NCBI GenBank assembly: GCA_964010765.1
Contig: CAXGMD010000023.1
Coordinates: forward strand, 1-39,450
Length of the DNA stretch: 39,450 nucleotides
Source of the DNA: an uncultured bacterium
GTDB taxonomy: Bacteria; SAR324; NAC60-12
Direction: 5' to 3'
Position numbers and translations under genes: made by a program. Below are positions 1-10,014 of the stretch, piece after piece (the first letter of the stretch is position 1; each line of letters starts with the position of its first letter). The notes beneath the pieces are model-generated. The model made no database searches. It saw nothing but the letters and a program-made list of their open reading frames with translations, and was not told the origin of the DNA.

Positions 1-14
1 CCACTGGATTTTCA

Positions 15-43
15 TTGCACCTTAGCCCTGCTTTTCGTACGCT
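15..43 (+). promoter_or_regulatory. Putative sigma70 promoter for recA operon
   Basis: TTGCAC (15-20), 17-bp spacer, TACGCT (38-43) upstream of recA. Confidence 0.4.
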
Positions 44-153
44 TCAATCTCTAGCAAATTTTATACTGCGATCTAATTCTCCCCCTTCTGATGGCTGAGG
101 CGTCCGTGTCGACCGACCAGCTTCATTTCGACCACCTGCTTGCGGAACAAACC

Positions 154-1197
154 ATGATAAACGAGGAAAAGCGCAAAGACCTGGAATCGGCAATGAGCCA
201 GATCGAACGACAGTTTGGTAAGGGCTCCATCATGAAACTTGGAGACCAAGCTCTAAACCAAGTGTCCGTGATTGGCTCTGGTAATCTGGGCTTGGATATT
301 GCGCTAGGAGTTGGGGGCTACCCCCGTGGAAGGATCATTGAGATCTATGGCCCTGAATCATCAGGTAAAACGACCATGGCGCTCTGTGCAGTTGCAGAGG
401 TACAGCGGGCTGGTGGTATGGCTGCTTTCATTGATGCAGAGCACGCACTTGATATCAGTAATGCACGATTGCTGGGGGTCAATGTGGAGGAATTGCTGGT
501 GGCTCAGCCAGACTACGGAGAGCAGGCCTTGGAGATTGCTGAGCAATTAGTCCGTGTGGGTAAGGTGGATATTGTCGTGGTAGATTCAGTGGCTGCGCTG
601 GTTCCGAAAAGTGAACTCGATGGAGACATGGGAGATTCTCATATGGGACTCCATGCTCGCCTCATGTCACAAGCTCTGCGTAAGCTTACAGGCTCGGTTT
701 CAAAGTCGCATACTATCTTCATATTCATTAATCAGTTGCGCTCCAAGATCGGAGTGATGTTTGGCAACCCAGAGACAACCACCGGAGGCAACGCACTCAA
801 ATTCTATGCGAGTGTTCGCCTGGACGTCCGCAGCACCACCAAGATCAAGCAGGGCGACGAAGTTCGTGGTCATCGGATCAAGATCAAGGTTGTTAAAAAT
901 AAAGTAGCTCCTCCTTTCCGTAATACGGAAGTCGACCTCATCTATGGAGAAGGGATCTCCCACTTGGGCACGATTCTCGACTATGCAACAGAAGCCAACA
1001 TCGTACAGAAGAGCGGGACCTGGTTCTCCTTCGACAAGGAACGTCTGGGACAGGGCCGAGACAACGCAATTCGTTTTCTGGCAGAGCACACAGAGATCGC
1101 TCAGGTAATCGAGAATCGGGTTCGTCAGTTACACGGGTTAATTCCACCTGATGCAGAGAAGCCAACAGAGGAGGAGGCAAAGGCTGCCAGTGACTGA
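154..1197 (+). CDS. recA: Recombinase A
   Basis: [10 protein letters not shown]-loop, [25 protein letters not shown] motifs. ORF track starts at 91, but homology fits ATG 154 ([10 protein letters not shown]). Confidence 0.98.
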   Translation: MINEEKRKDLESAMSQIERQFGKGSIMKLGDQALNQVSVIGSGNLGLDIALGVGGYPRGRIIEIYGPESSGKTTMALCAVAEVQRAGGMAAFIDAEHALDISNARLLGVNVEELLVAQPDYGEQALEIAEQLVRVGKVDIVVVDSVAALVPKSELDGDMGDSHMGLHARLMSQALRKLTGSVSKSHTIFIFINQLRSKIGVMFGNPETTTGGNALKFYASVRLDVRSTTKIKQGDEVRGHRIKIKVVKNKVAPPFRNTEVDLIYGEGISHLGTILDYATEANIVQKSGTWFSFDKERLGQGRDNAIRFLAEHTEIAQVIENRVRQLHGLIPPDAEKPTEEEAKAASD

Positions 1198-2248
1198 GGT
1201 TCCTCCAGGGCAGTTTCTGCAGGGGCCATGTCCATCTCTTGCCCTGTCGGAACTGCCGTTTCTCTCTCCTCCACCTCTGTTTGATGTTCGTACCGCTGAA
1301 GAATACACCCAGGGACACATCCCTGGGGCTCTCAATCAACCACTGTTTGACCATTTTGAACGATCAACGATCGGGACACTTTACAAGCAATTCAGTCCGG
1401 AGTCCGCTATATCCGCAGGGCTGCGCTATGTCGAGCCGCGTGTACAGCAATTGGTGGAAAGTTTTCAGCCCTGGCAGAAACAACCACTGATCGTTTACTG
1501 TGCTCGTGGTGGAATGCGGTCAGCTTCCGTAGTGCGTCTGCTCAATAGCGAAGGTTTCAATGCACAACAATTGCGAGGCGGTTACAAACACTATCGCCAA
1601 CATGTTCTGCAAGCCCTTGAACAATGGTCGCCATCCCTGATCGTGCTACACGGTCCTACCGGGGTAGGCAAGACGCTATTGTTGAAACAGCTGCCAGATC
1701 ATCTAGACTTGGAAGACTTGGCACAGCACCGAAGTTCGTTGTTTGGTGGCATCCACCGGCATCCACGAACTCAGCGGCAATTTGAGGGACTACTGCATCA
1801 AGCAAAGCTCGCTCTCCCAACGAAGTATCCATTTTTCATCGAAGGAGAGAGCCGCAAGGTCGGTCCGGTGTTCATCCCAACACCACTGGCCAAAGCAATG
1901 CAGGAAGGTCAGAAAGTCCTGCTGCATGCCTCACTAGAGACACGAATCGATAGGACTCTAGCGGATTACCGTGTTGAAGATGAAGCAACGGTTGCAGAAG
2001 TTGACCAGATCTTGCAGTCCCTGCGCATGGCATTAGGTCGGCAGCTGGTGGATCATCTGCGAGACTGCTTGCGGCAAAATCGGTTGCGTGAGTTGGTAGC
2101 GATCTTATTGAACGACTACTATGACCCACGCTACTACAATTCAATGAAAAATTATCACTACGCGGCCGAGTTCTCGGCAGAAAATCTGGATCAAACCGTA
2201 GATAATCTACGGAAATTTCGAGATAAAGTCGCGGCAGCGTCCGGATGA
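1190..2248 (+). CDS. mnmH: tRNA 2-selenouridine(34) synthase (rhodanese + P-loop)
   Basis: [16 protein letters not shown] rhodanese, [44 protein letters not shown]. Likely GTG start at 1190 overlapping the recA end, with GAGGAGG upstream. Confidence 0.93.
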   Translation: MTEVPPGQFLQGPCPSLALSELPFLSPPPLFDVRTAEEYTQGHIPGALNQPLFDHFERSTIGTLYKQFSPESAISAGLRYVEPRVQQLVESFQPWQKQPLIVYCARGGMRSASVVRLLNSEGFNAQQLRGGYKHYRQHVLQALEQWSPSLIVLHGPTGVGKTLLLKQLPDHLDLEDLAQHRSSLFGGIHRHPRTQRQFEGLLHQAKLALPTKYPFFIEGESRKVGPVFIPTPLAKAMQEGQKVLLHASLETRIDRTLADYRVEDEATVAEVDQILQSLRMALGRQLVDHLRDCLRQNRLRELVAILLNDYYDPRYYNSMKNYHYAAEFSAENLDQTVDNLRKFRDKVAAASG

Positions 2249-4899
2249 ACATGGCAGTTCTTGTACGCTGGCTCCGAGGAGCTATATTAGGGTGTGGATT
2301 CTGTTTGACCACTCTAAGCGCCTTGGCCACTCCTTCAGATCAAGTACAGACCCCTTACGGGTCTTTTCCGCTGGGTGAGATCTCTCCCTTCCAACAAAAT
2401 CTTTCTCTGAACACACCCAAGCTGGGTCGTTCGGTCTCTCTTCCACCATTGCCTGACTTCAGTCCACTCAGTCGAGAGCCCTTGCAGGTCAGCTTCTTCG
2501 ATCAGATTGGTCGATACTTCGAGACCACTTTGGAGAGTTTCCAGAATGGCGACTTTGCACTGGCACGAGATCGGTTCTACGAAATCATCGATAAGAAACC
2601 GAACAGTCGTTGGGCTAAACCATCAGGATTCTGGTTGGGCTTGTCCAGGACTCAGCTTGGAGAATTCAAGGCTGCTGTAGATGACCTGCAGGGTTGGCTA
2701 CAAACTGATTCAGAACAAGTGCCCGGATTGAGATCTGCAGCTTACCTAACATTGACCTGGCTGACGGCAAGGCGTGGAGATTGTGTGGAGAGCGAGGTGT
2801 GGCTTGGTCGATTGCGGGATGTCGGACAAGCCAGTCGAGAGTACTTGAGAGAAGGGACGCGTATCGAACTCTACTGTGCAGCCCAGACGAAGCCCGCCCA
2901 GGTCCCAGCGATTTTTACACAACTGCGTCAGGATCCTGGCAACGCACAAAATCTGGTTCGTTTTGTTGCAGAAGAAGCCTCCTATCAGTACGAACGGGCG
3001 AACTGCAGTCCCGTCCTACGATTACGAGAAGAGTATTTTGAAAAATACTACAACTATTCTGAAATAGAGGAGCTTGCTGTCATGTCAGCCTGGTGTCGCT
3101 GGCAGCAGCAGGATTGGGAAACACTAGATCAAGAAGTTCAGGCCCTGGCGAAGCGGGGGTTACGCGATGAAGATCAGTTGTCTCTGCTCCAACTGGAATT
3201 AGCACTACGAAAACAAGACGAGAAGGAAGTTCGTCGAACCATGCGCGCTCTGCGTCAGCGAGAGCTACGTCGTGAAGGGGCCTATCGAGCAATGTGGCAT
3301 GCTGCATCCTGGGGATGGTGGGAGTTTTTGTTAGATTTCCCGCTGCCTATTGAAGAGTTTGCGCTACGCTCCAGGGTAGAGGAATTTCGCTTACTAAGAG
3401 CTCAGGCGCTTCAGGAAACGGGGAAGCCAGAGCAGGCCCGTCAAATCTTTGAGGAACTGCTGATCTCCCCTGATTTGGCGACCTCTCTGAAGGGAGAGGT
3501 TATTTATCGTCTCGCCTATCTGGATTTGTCAGAAGGTCAGACAAAACGAGGTCTGGAACGCTGTCAGCAGGTGACTCAGGAGTTTGTGGAGTCAGCTCGG
3601 TTAGGTGATTGCTATTTCTGGCAAGCAGCTCTAGAGGATCCGAAGCGCAATGAGAATCAGCGTCGTGCAATCGGCCTGACACTCCGGCAGGTTCCAGTAG
3701 AGGCAGGCCGTGAGGAAGAGAAAGCGCTGATCCGCATCGGCTTATCCATGCTGAATGAAGAGTGGTTGGAGGCCCAGAAAGAAGCCAAGACTCTGGTAGA
3801 TGCGGAGCCACCATCACGCTATCAGGTTCGTGCCTGGCAGTGGTTGGTTGCGATTTATCGTAGCTTGGAGCTTCCAGAAGAGGCCCTGAGAGAACTGAAT
3901 GCGCTGCTCAAGGCTCATCCAGAGGCTTTGAACAAGGATCTGTTGATTGAGCAGGTGCTATTGCTACGTGATTTGAATCGTCGTGAAGAGGCCCTGCAAG
4001 TTCTGCTTAGCCATCCGGAAATCCTTGATCTGGAGATGCAGCAACTACAATTGAGCCTGTTGTGGGAGTTGGAGCTTTGGGAAGGCTTTCTGGAAAAAGC
4101 TCTGCAGATGCTGCCTCAGATGAAAGATCCCAAGGACCAGGCTGAGTTACACTTCCGGCGTGGTCAGGCATACGAACAGATCAAGGATCCACTGAAAGCC
4201 CTACCAGCGTATGAACGGTCACTGCAAAATGTTCTGAATCCTACCTGGGGGATTGAGGCCAAACTAGCGATTTTGCGCCTGTACTACGGATTGAAGGATG
4301 TGCGTTTTACAGAGCGTTCAGAAATTTATTTGAAGGATACTCGTTTCAAACCGGAACAAGAAGAGCAGATTCGGAATTGGTTGGTTGAGCGCTACGAGTA
4401 CGTGGGAGAACCCACGAGAACAATTCCGCATCGGCAGGGCTTGATTCGACTATGGGAGGATCGGTTACGCAATAATCTTGAGCCGGATCAGGCTGCCCGT
4501 GAACAGCGGATGCTCCGCATTGGCAAGGAGCATTTGAATCTTGGACGACTCGGTGCTTCTGGAGCCTGGGAACAAGCAGAGAGTTGGTCTGCCCAGTTGC
4601 GTCGCAGTGAAAATCCATTGATCCAACGAGAAGCACTATTGTTAGGTGGAGAAGCTGCGGCTGCGCTGAAAGCTCATGAACGTTCGGTTGCTGCTTACTT
4701 GCAATTAACCTACTTCCATGCAGAAGGGCTGAATGAAAATCAAAAGTTCACAGCCTGGCAGCAAATGGGACTGAGCTACGAGGCCTTGGGACGGATCAAT
4801 GACGCGAAGGCGATCTACAGCAAGATCAGCAATGAGCTAAGCGATCCGCAGATGAAGCTGGCTGCAGCTAATGCTCTGCAGCGATTGGAAGGTAAGTAG
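2245..4899 (+). CDS. Large tetratricopeptide-repeat protein, probably exported
   Basis: 884-aa ORF with N-terminal signal-like segment (LSALA-TP) and many TPR-like helical pairs (e.g. GLSYEALGRINDAKAIY). ATGA overlap with mnmH. Confidence 0.8.
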   Translation: MNMAVLVRWLRGAILGCGFCLTTLSALATPSDQVQTPYGSFPLGEISPFQQNLSLNTPKLGRSVSLPPLPDFSPLSREPLQVSFFDQIGRYFETTLESFQNGDFALARDRFYEIIDKKPNSRWAKPSGFWLGLSRTQLGEFKAAVDDLQGWLQTDSEQVPGLRSAAYLTLTWLTARRGDCVESEVWLGRLRDVGQASREYLREGTRIELYCAAQTKPAQVPAIFTQLRQDPGNAQNLVRFVAEEASYQYERANCSPVLRLREEYFEKYYNYSEIEELAVMSAWCRWQQQDWETLDQEVQALAKRGLRDEDQLSLLQLELALRKQDEKEVRRTMRALRQRELRREGAYRAMWHAASWGWWEFLLDFPLPIEEFALRSRVEEFRLLRAQALQETGKPEQARQIFEELLISPDLATSLKGEVIYRLAYLDLSEGQTKRGLERCQQVTQEFVESARLGDCYFWQAALEDPKRNENQRRAIGLTLRQVPVEAGREEEKALIRIGLSMLNEEWLEAQKEAKTLVDAEPPSRYQVRAWQWLVAIYRSLELPEEALRELNALLKAHPEALNKDLLIEQVLLLRDLNRREEALQVLLSHPEILDLEMQQLQLSLLWELELWEGFLEKALQMLPQMKDPKDQAELHFRRGQAYEQIKDPLKALPAYERSLQNVLNPTWGIEAKLAILRLYYGLKDVRFTERSEIYLKDTRFKPEQEEQIRNWLVERYEYVGEPTRTIPHRQGLIRLWEDRLRNNLEPDQAAREQRMLRIGKEHLNLGRLGASGAWEQAESWSAQLRRSENPLIQREALLLGGEAAAALKAHERSVAAYLQLTYFHAEGLNENQKFTAWQQMGLSYEALGRINDAKAIYSKISNELSDPQMKLAAANALQRLEGK

Positions 4900-4910
4900 G
4901 AAGGGATTGC

Positions 4911-5603
4911 ATGGCTTTTGTGATTGTGGCGTTAGACGGTCCTACAGGAGTTGGTAAGAGTACGCTGGCGCGTCAATTGGCTGAACGCAATCAGTTGCTC
5001 TATGTCAACACCGGTTCAATGTTTCGTTGCTTGGCTTGGAAGTGGAACCGTCTGGACAAGCCAGAAAAAGAGGGGGCATTGCAGGAACTTGGTGAACAAA
5101 CGCAGATTGTGCTGGAAGCAGATGGACGAGTGTTTTGTGATGGTGAAGAGATTAGCTCCGCGATTCGTACCGAGGAGGTTTCAGCACTAGCATCTCAGGT
5201 GAGCCGCTTTGTGCCGATTCGGCAGGCACTCAAGTTTCAGCAGCGTCAGCTGGTGGAACAAGCAAAAATTGGAGGTGTCTACCGAGGGGCTGTGCTAGAG
5301 GGACGCGATATTGGTACCGTCGTTTTGCCACAGGCCGATTGTAAGTTTTTCGTTGAAGCCAGTCCCGAGACCCGAGCCCGTCGACGCTTTGCCGAATTGC
5401 AGATCAAGGATCCTAGTGTTCGTTTCGAGGAGATCTTGGAGGCCCTGAAGCAACGAGATGAGCAGGATAGCAATCGTAGCGAAGCACCCCTGCGTAGAGC
5501 AGTTGATGCGATCTTGGTGGATACCAGTAATTTGAATGTTGAGCAGGCGTTGTCTGTGCTGGAGCAGCATCTGCGACCTTTCCTTCTTACGGAGTCTTCA
5601 TGA
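4911..5603 (+). CDS. cmk: Cytidylate kinase
   Basis: ALDGPTGVGKST, NTGSMFR, EGRDIGTVVLP, RDEQDSNRSEAPL motifs. Confidence 0.95.
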   Translation: MAFVIVALDGPTGVGKSTLARQLAERNQLLYVNTGSMFRCLAWKWNRLDKPEKEGALQELGEQTQIVLEADGRVFCDGEEISSAIRTEEVSALASQVSRFVPIRQALKFQQRQLVEQAKIGGVYRGAVLEGRDIGTVVLPQADCKFFVEASPETRARRRFAELQIKDPSVRFEEILEALKQRDEQDSNRSEAPLRRAVDAILVDTSNLNVEQALSVLEQHLRPFLLTESS

Positions 5604-6826
5604 AAGCGGTGATTCTGGCAGCGAACTACAGCCCACGGTTGCTGCCGTTTACAGCGACTCGTGCCAAGCCAATGATTCGGATTGCAGGCCGTCCCATCTT
5701 GGAGAGTATTCTTGATGGGCTGCACAACGCTGGAGTCCATGAGGCCTTGGTCGTAGTACACCATGAACAGCAGGCTCTGCGAGATCATTTTGGAGATGGA
5801 AGCGACTTCGGAATGAGTCTCGAATACGTAGAACAGCCAGAACTACTAGGTATTGGTCATGCGCTCTCCTGCTGCGAACCCTACCTGAAGCGACAGCCTT
5901 TTCTACTGGTCTATGGAGATGTGCTGGCGGATGGAAATCCTGTTCCCCAACTACTACGAGCTTTCGCTGAAACAGGCCGAGAGGTTGCGTTGGTAACCTT
6001 GCCTCGCAATTCTAACGAATACGGTAACGTCTACCTAGACAATGAGATGAAGATCCGCCGCTTCATTGAGAAGCCTCAGGGACGCATGCAAAGCAATTAT
6101 GTCTTTGCCGGCGGATTTGTTCTACAGCCAAGAATCTTTGACCTGCTGCGCCAGCATGATCAAAGCATTGAAGCGTGTTACCAATATCTGGTTCAAGGTG
6201 ATGGCTTGCAGGCAGATCTCTGGGAGGGTACCTGGATTGATGTGATCTACCCATGGCACATCCTAGAAGCGAACCAGATGATGATGAGTGCCTGGCGCAC
6301 AGCACATATTCACCAAAGCGCTAGATTGGTGGGGAACATTCAGCTGGAAGGACCGGTGGTGATCGAGCGAAATGTTGTGATTGAGAGTGGTGCAGTACTC
6401 AAGGGCCCGTGCTTTATTGGAGAAGGCTCTTACATTGGGAACAACTCGTTGGTACGAACCTTCAGCGCTATCGGCCCAAACTCAGTAGTCGGTTATGGTT
6501 CAGAGCTCAAGAACTGTGTGCTTTTCGGGAAGTCTGACCTGGGACGCCTTTCTTTCATTGGGGACAGCGTGATCGGGGAGGGGGTTTCGCTTGGTACAGC
6601 GCTGACCACGGTAAATCATTTTTCAGATGGCAAAAATATCGTAGTCTCTACTGCCAATGAACCTGTTGATTCTGGCTTGCCCAAGCTGGGAGCGTTCATT
6701 GGAGATGAAGTACGCATTGGTGCCCGACAAACACTGGCGCCCGCAACGATAGTTCCAGCAGGCATTTTCATCGAAGATAATATTTCCCTACGTGGCTGGG
6801 TTCCTGATAATCAGAAGGAGTCCTGA
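5600..6826 (+). CDS. Archaeal-type GlmU-like sugar-phosphate nucleotidyltransferase/left-handed beta-helix protein with degenerate catalytic motifs
   Basis: MKAVILAA..RLLPFTATRAKPM, YGD, EKP, WIDVIYPWHILEAN, hexapeptide repeats, KLGAFIGD. Lies directly upstream of glmS. Confidence 0.8.
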   Translation: MKAVILAANYSPRLLPFTATRAKPMIRIAGRPILESILDGLHNAGVHEALVVVHHEQQALRDHFGDGSDFGMSLEYVEQPELLGIGHALSCCEPYLKRQPFLLVYGDVLADGNPVPQLLRAFAETGREVALVTLPRNSNEYGNVYLDNEMKIRRFIEKPQGRMQSNYVFAGGFVLQPRIFDLLRQHDQSIEACYQYLVQGDGLQADLWEGTWIDVIYPWHILEANQMMMSAWRTAHIHQSARLVGNIQLEGPVVIERNVVIESGAVLKGPCFIGEGSYIGNNSLVRTFSAIGPNSVVGYGSELKNCVLFGKSDLGRLSFIGDSVIGEGVSLGTALTTVNHFSDGKNIVVSTANEPVDSGLPKLGAFIGDEVRIGARQTLAPATIVPAGIFIEDNISLRGWVPDNQKES

Positions 6827-6827
6827 A

Positions 6828-8648
6828 ATGTGTGGAATCAGTGGAATGATCAACGCAAAGAATGTGGCCCATCCTCTCTATGCCTCAATTCGCAATCTAG
6901 AGTACCGAGGATATGATTCGTGTGGAATGGCACTGCTGGATGCGGGCAAGATCCACACTCGCAAGAACACCGGAGGGGTGGAAGAGGTCAATCAACGGGA
7001 ACGTCTCACCCAACTCAGCGGGCGCCTTGGGATTGCCCATACACGTTGGGCCACTCACGGAGTGGTCAGTCGGGAGAATTCCCACCCGCACCTCTCAACT
7101 GACGAGGCTTTTGCGGTGGTGCACAACGGTATTTTTTCAAACTACCAAGACTTGCGGGAGGAACTGGAAGCAGAAGGAGTAACGTTCTGTTCGCAGACGG
7201 ATACCGAGGTGTTTGTACAACTGGTGGCCCGTCACTATGAACGATTACAAAACACTGAGCGTGCATTTATAGCGGCCCTGGAACAGATGGAAGGCTCTTT
7301 CGCAATCGTGATGATTTCAGTACATGAGCCAGATCGACTCTTCTGTGCGAAGCGTGACTCTCCTCTGATTTTAGGGTTGGGCGAAGGTAGCAACTACGTT
7401 GGCTCGGATATCAATGCCTTTCTGGAGTATACCCGACGGGCGGTGATTCTGGATGATGACGAATATGTCATTCTGACGCAAGAGAGCTATCAGATTCGCA
7501 GTCTGCGTGATGGTCAGCAGGTTGAGAAAGACATCCTGCATATTGACTGGGATGCAGAGACAACCCGCAAGGGTGGTTTTGCCCACTACATGCTCAAAGA
7601 AATCTTTGATGAACCTCAGACCCTGCGTCAGGCGCTAAAGATTCCAGATGAGGAGATTCGAAAACTAGCTCAGAAGTTTGTAGAAGCACCACAGGCCTAT
7701 CTCGTTGGTGTGGGAACAACCTTCTATGTTGCACAGCTAGGACAGTATTTTTTCTCACAACTGACGGGGCGCTACTTCCCAGCCATCAGTTCCGATGAAT
7801 TTATTGATATTGCTGGTGTACAGGCACAGGATTTGGTGCTGGCAATCTCTCAGTCCGGAGAAACCTACGATACCAAGATGGCGCTTAATTTTGCTCGCCA
7901 GCGTGGTGCCAAGACAGCAGCAATCGTTAATGTGATGGGGTCCTCGATTGGGATGCAGGTTGATCAGGTCATTATGCAGGGATCTGGACCAGAAATTTGT
8001 GTAGTTTCCACCAAAGCCGCGATGGCACAGACCCTGATTTTACTCCGAATTGCTGTGGAAACCGGTCGCCAACAAGGTAGTTTGGATGACCAGCAGATCG
8101 ATTCTTTCCACGCTGCTGTGAATCGTTTGCCAGACTTGATTCAGGATACTCTGAACGAACAATCTGGCTTTTTACGAAACATTGCTCGCTCCACCAGTTG
8201 GGTCTCCAACTGGCTGTTTCTAGGGTGTGGACAGTACTATCCGGTAGCGATGGAGTCTGCCTTGAAGATGAAGGAAATAACCTACCAGCATGCGGAAGGA
8301 ATGCCGGCAGGATTCCTCAAACATGGTACTCTTTCAATGATTGAGAAGTCGGTTCATTCGCTGTTTTTTGTACCACTCCCGGAGCAGCAAGACTTGCATC
8401 GACGAACACTGATTGCGATGGAAGAGATCCGAACCCGAGGAGGAACTCTGGCTGGTTTTGTTTTTGAAGGAGATCGGCATGCCCGTGAGGTTCTCGACTA
8501 CGCAGTCGAACTGCCTACAGTGCATCCCTGGTTGGCGCCGTTACTCCAGATGACCATGGCTCAATTGCTTTCCTACTACGCAGCGCTTGACCTGGGACGT
8601 AATATTGACAAGCCCCGCAATCTGGCCAAGTCAGTGACGGTTGGATGA
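6828..8648 (+). CDS. glmS: Glutamine--fructose-6-phosphate transaminase (isomerizing)
   Basis: MCGI N-terminal Cys nucleophile (ATG 6828 after AAGGAG), LEYRGYDS, HTRWATHG, SQSGET, LKMKEI, KPRNLAKSVTV. Confidence 0.97.
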   Translation: MCGISGMINAKNVAHPLYASIRNLEYRGYDSCGMALLDAGKIHTRKNTGGVEEVNQRERLTQLSGRLGIAHTRWATHGVVSRENSHPHLSTDEAFAVVHNGIFSNYQDLREELEAEGVTFCSQTDTEVFVQLVARHYERLQNTERAFIAALEQMEGSFAIVMISVHEPDRLFCAKRDSPLILGLGEGSNYVGSDINAFLEYTRRAVILDDDEYVILTQESYQIRSLRDGQQVEKDILHIDWDAETTRKGGFAHYMLKEIFDEPQTLRQALKIPDEEIRKLAQKFVEAPQAYLVGVGTTFYVAQLGQYFFSQLTGRYFPAISSDEFIDIAGVQAQDLVLAISQSGETYDTKMALNFARQRGAKTAAIVNVMGSSIGMQVDQVIMQGSGPEICVVSTKAAMAQTLILLRIAVETGRQQGSLDDQQIDSFHAAVNRLPDLIQDTLNEQSGFLRNIARSTSWVSNWLFLGCGQYYPVAMESALKMKEITYQHAEGMPAGFLKHGTLSMIEKSVHSLFFVPLPEQQDLHRRTLIAMEEIRTRGGTLAGFVFEGDRHAREVLDYAVELPTVHPWLAPLLQMTMAQLLSYYAALDLGRNIDKPRNLAKSVTVG

Positions 8649-9502
8649 ACACCGAAAGCACTCCTCCTACTTTTTCCCTCCTGGATTGGCTACAAGAACA
8701 TGCTCCAGTGTTTAGTGAGGGTAGCCTGGTCCCTGTTCTACAAAAGTTTGGTTTGCCAGAAAATCAGCCGCTGTATCTGGCAAATCTAGAGCAAATGGAT
8801 TGGGTCCGTGCCGCCTACAAGAGCTACCAGCGAGCAGGTGCAGATTTTTTTCGTACGAACACCGCTGGTGCCAATGTTCTTGAGCTAACTCAGCAAGGCA
8901 TTGAAGATCGTGAGGAAGCTATCAATAACAACGGCATGGCCCTGCTCCGTGAAGCCTTGGGAAGAGTCGTCAGCGCTGGTTTGTTACGGCAGGCTAAGAG
9001 TCAGTCAGAGTTGGGTGAACACTTGGCAGAGCGGGTCTATGGCCCTCCAATCGTATATCTTTCAGATACAGGGGCAGATTTGCTCTGGGCAGAAGGCTTT
9101 ACCCGACTCAAGGAACTGCAGCAAGTCGCTCGCTTAGCACGGCGGAGCTTTCAGCGAGATTGCGTGTTCCATCTACGCTTGGCACCCGATATTCGGTTGG
9201 GCGAGCGGCTAGAGGGACTGCTCGAAATGGTTCAGTTGGGACGTACCATTGTCGGGTTGCATGCTTCTGCTCTGCAACCTGGCTTAGCCGAAGATGTCGA
9301 ACAGTTGGTGGGTGAGTGTGGGGTAGTCAGTGTAGTGCTGGATGAATTGCCGCAGACGGAGCAACAACCAAGTCCTTGGTTTCAACGTAAGGCAGGGCAA
9401 CTACTGGAGCAGGAAGTAGCAATTCTTGGATTAGGGGCAAACACCACCCCGGAGCATTTGCGCTGGTTACGTGATTTCCGGGATGGAAGTGAATCGACCT
9501 AA
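8645..9502 (+). CDS. Homocysteine S-methyltransferase-family protein lacking the Zn-ligand cysteines
   Basis: YQRAGADFFRTNTAGAN, GADLLWAE and TTPEHL match the HMT barrel. The GxNC and GGCCG motifs are absent. Confidence 0.7.
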   Translation: MNTESTPPTFSLLDWLQEHAPVFSEGSLVPVLQKFGLPENQPLYLANLEQMDWVRAAYKSYQRAGADFFRTNTAGANVLELTQQGIEDREEAINNNGMALLREALGRVVSAGLLRQAKSQSELGEHLAERVYGPPIVYLSDTGADLLWAEGFTRLKELQQVARLARRSFQRDCVFHLRLAPDIRLGERLEGLLEMVQLGRTIVGLHASALQPGLAEDVEQLVGECGVVSVVLDELPQTEQQPSPWFQRKAGQLLEQEVAILGLGANTTPEHLRWLRDFRDGSEST

Positions 9503-9915
9503 GCGGTTGCGCTCTTCAGTGATTCTAAAATCTGTTTGACGTTGGCCCGAACGGTCTTGATGTCCAGGTCCCCGCCATCCTGAAAGTAAGGATGTTCAGT
9601 GGGCTCCATACCAATCCGCGTCATGACCTTGGTAATAAAGGCGCGTTCTTCGTCTTCAAACACCCCATCAGCACCGGCCACCAGAGCGAGAGTGTCGACC
9701 AAAGCACTTTTGGCTTCATCAGACTGAATTTCCTCCAATAACGACCCAATTGAGGTCTTGGCTTTCATCGCAGCCTGCTCTTCCTTAGTTACTCCGATGG
9801 CCTTGAACAGGGTCATCAATACTTTTTTCTCCGAATCTGCAATATCTCCGTCAGAGCGGGCAAGATGGCTGACGATGGAGATGATGTCCAAATATTCTTG
9901 ACGATTGACACTCAT
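9499..9915 (-). CDS. TerB-like (tellurite resistance family) protein
   Basis: Two ADG/SDG-x4-E repeats (LARSDGDIADSE, VAGADGVFEDEE) typical of the TerB fold. Confidence 0.8.
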   Translation of the reverse strand: MSVNRQEYLDIISIVSHLARSDGDIADSEKKVLMTLFKAIGVTKEEQAAMKAKTSIGSLLEEIQSDEAKSALVDTLALVAGADGVFEDEERAFITKVMTRIGMEPTEHPYFQDGGDLDIKTVRANVKQILESLKSATA

Positions 9916-10014
9916 TTGACCTCACTGTCTGTAGGAAAATTCTTAGATGGAGGGAAATGTTTATATCGAATTTTAATTGTGTCGTAAAGCAGGAATTCCG
10001 CCAGCAGGAGTGGA

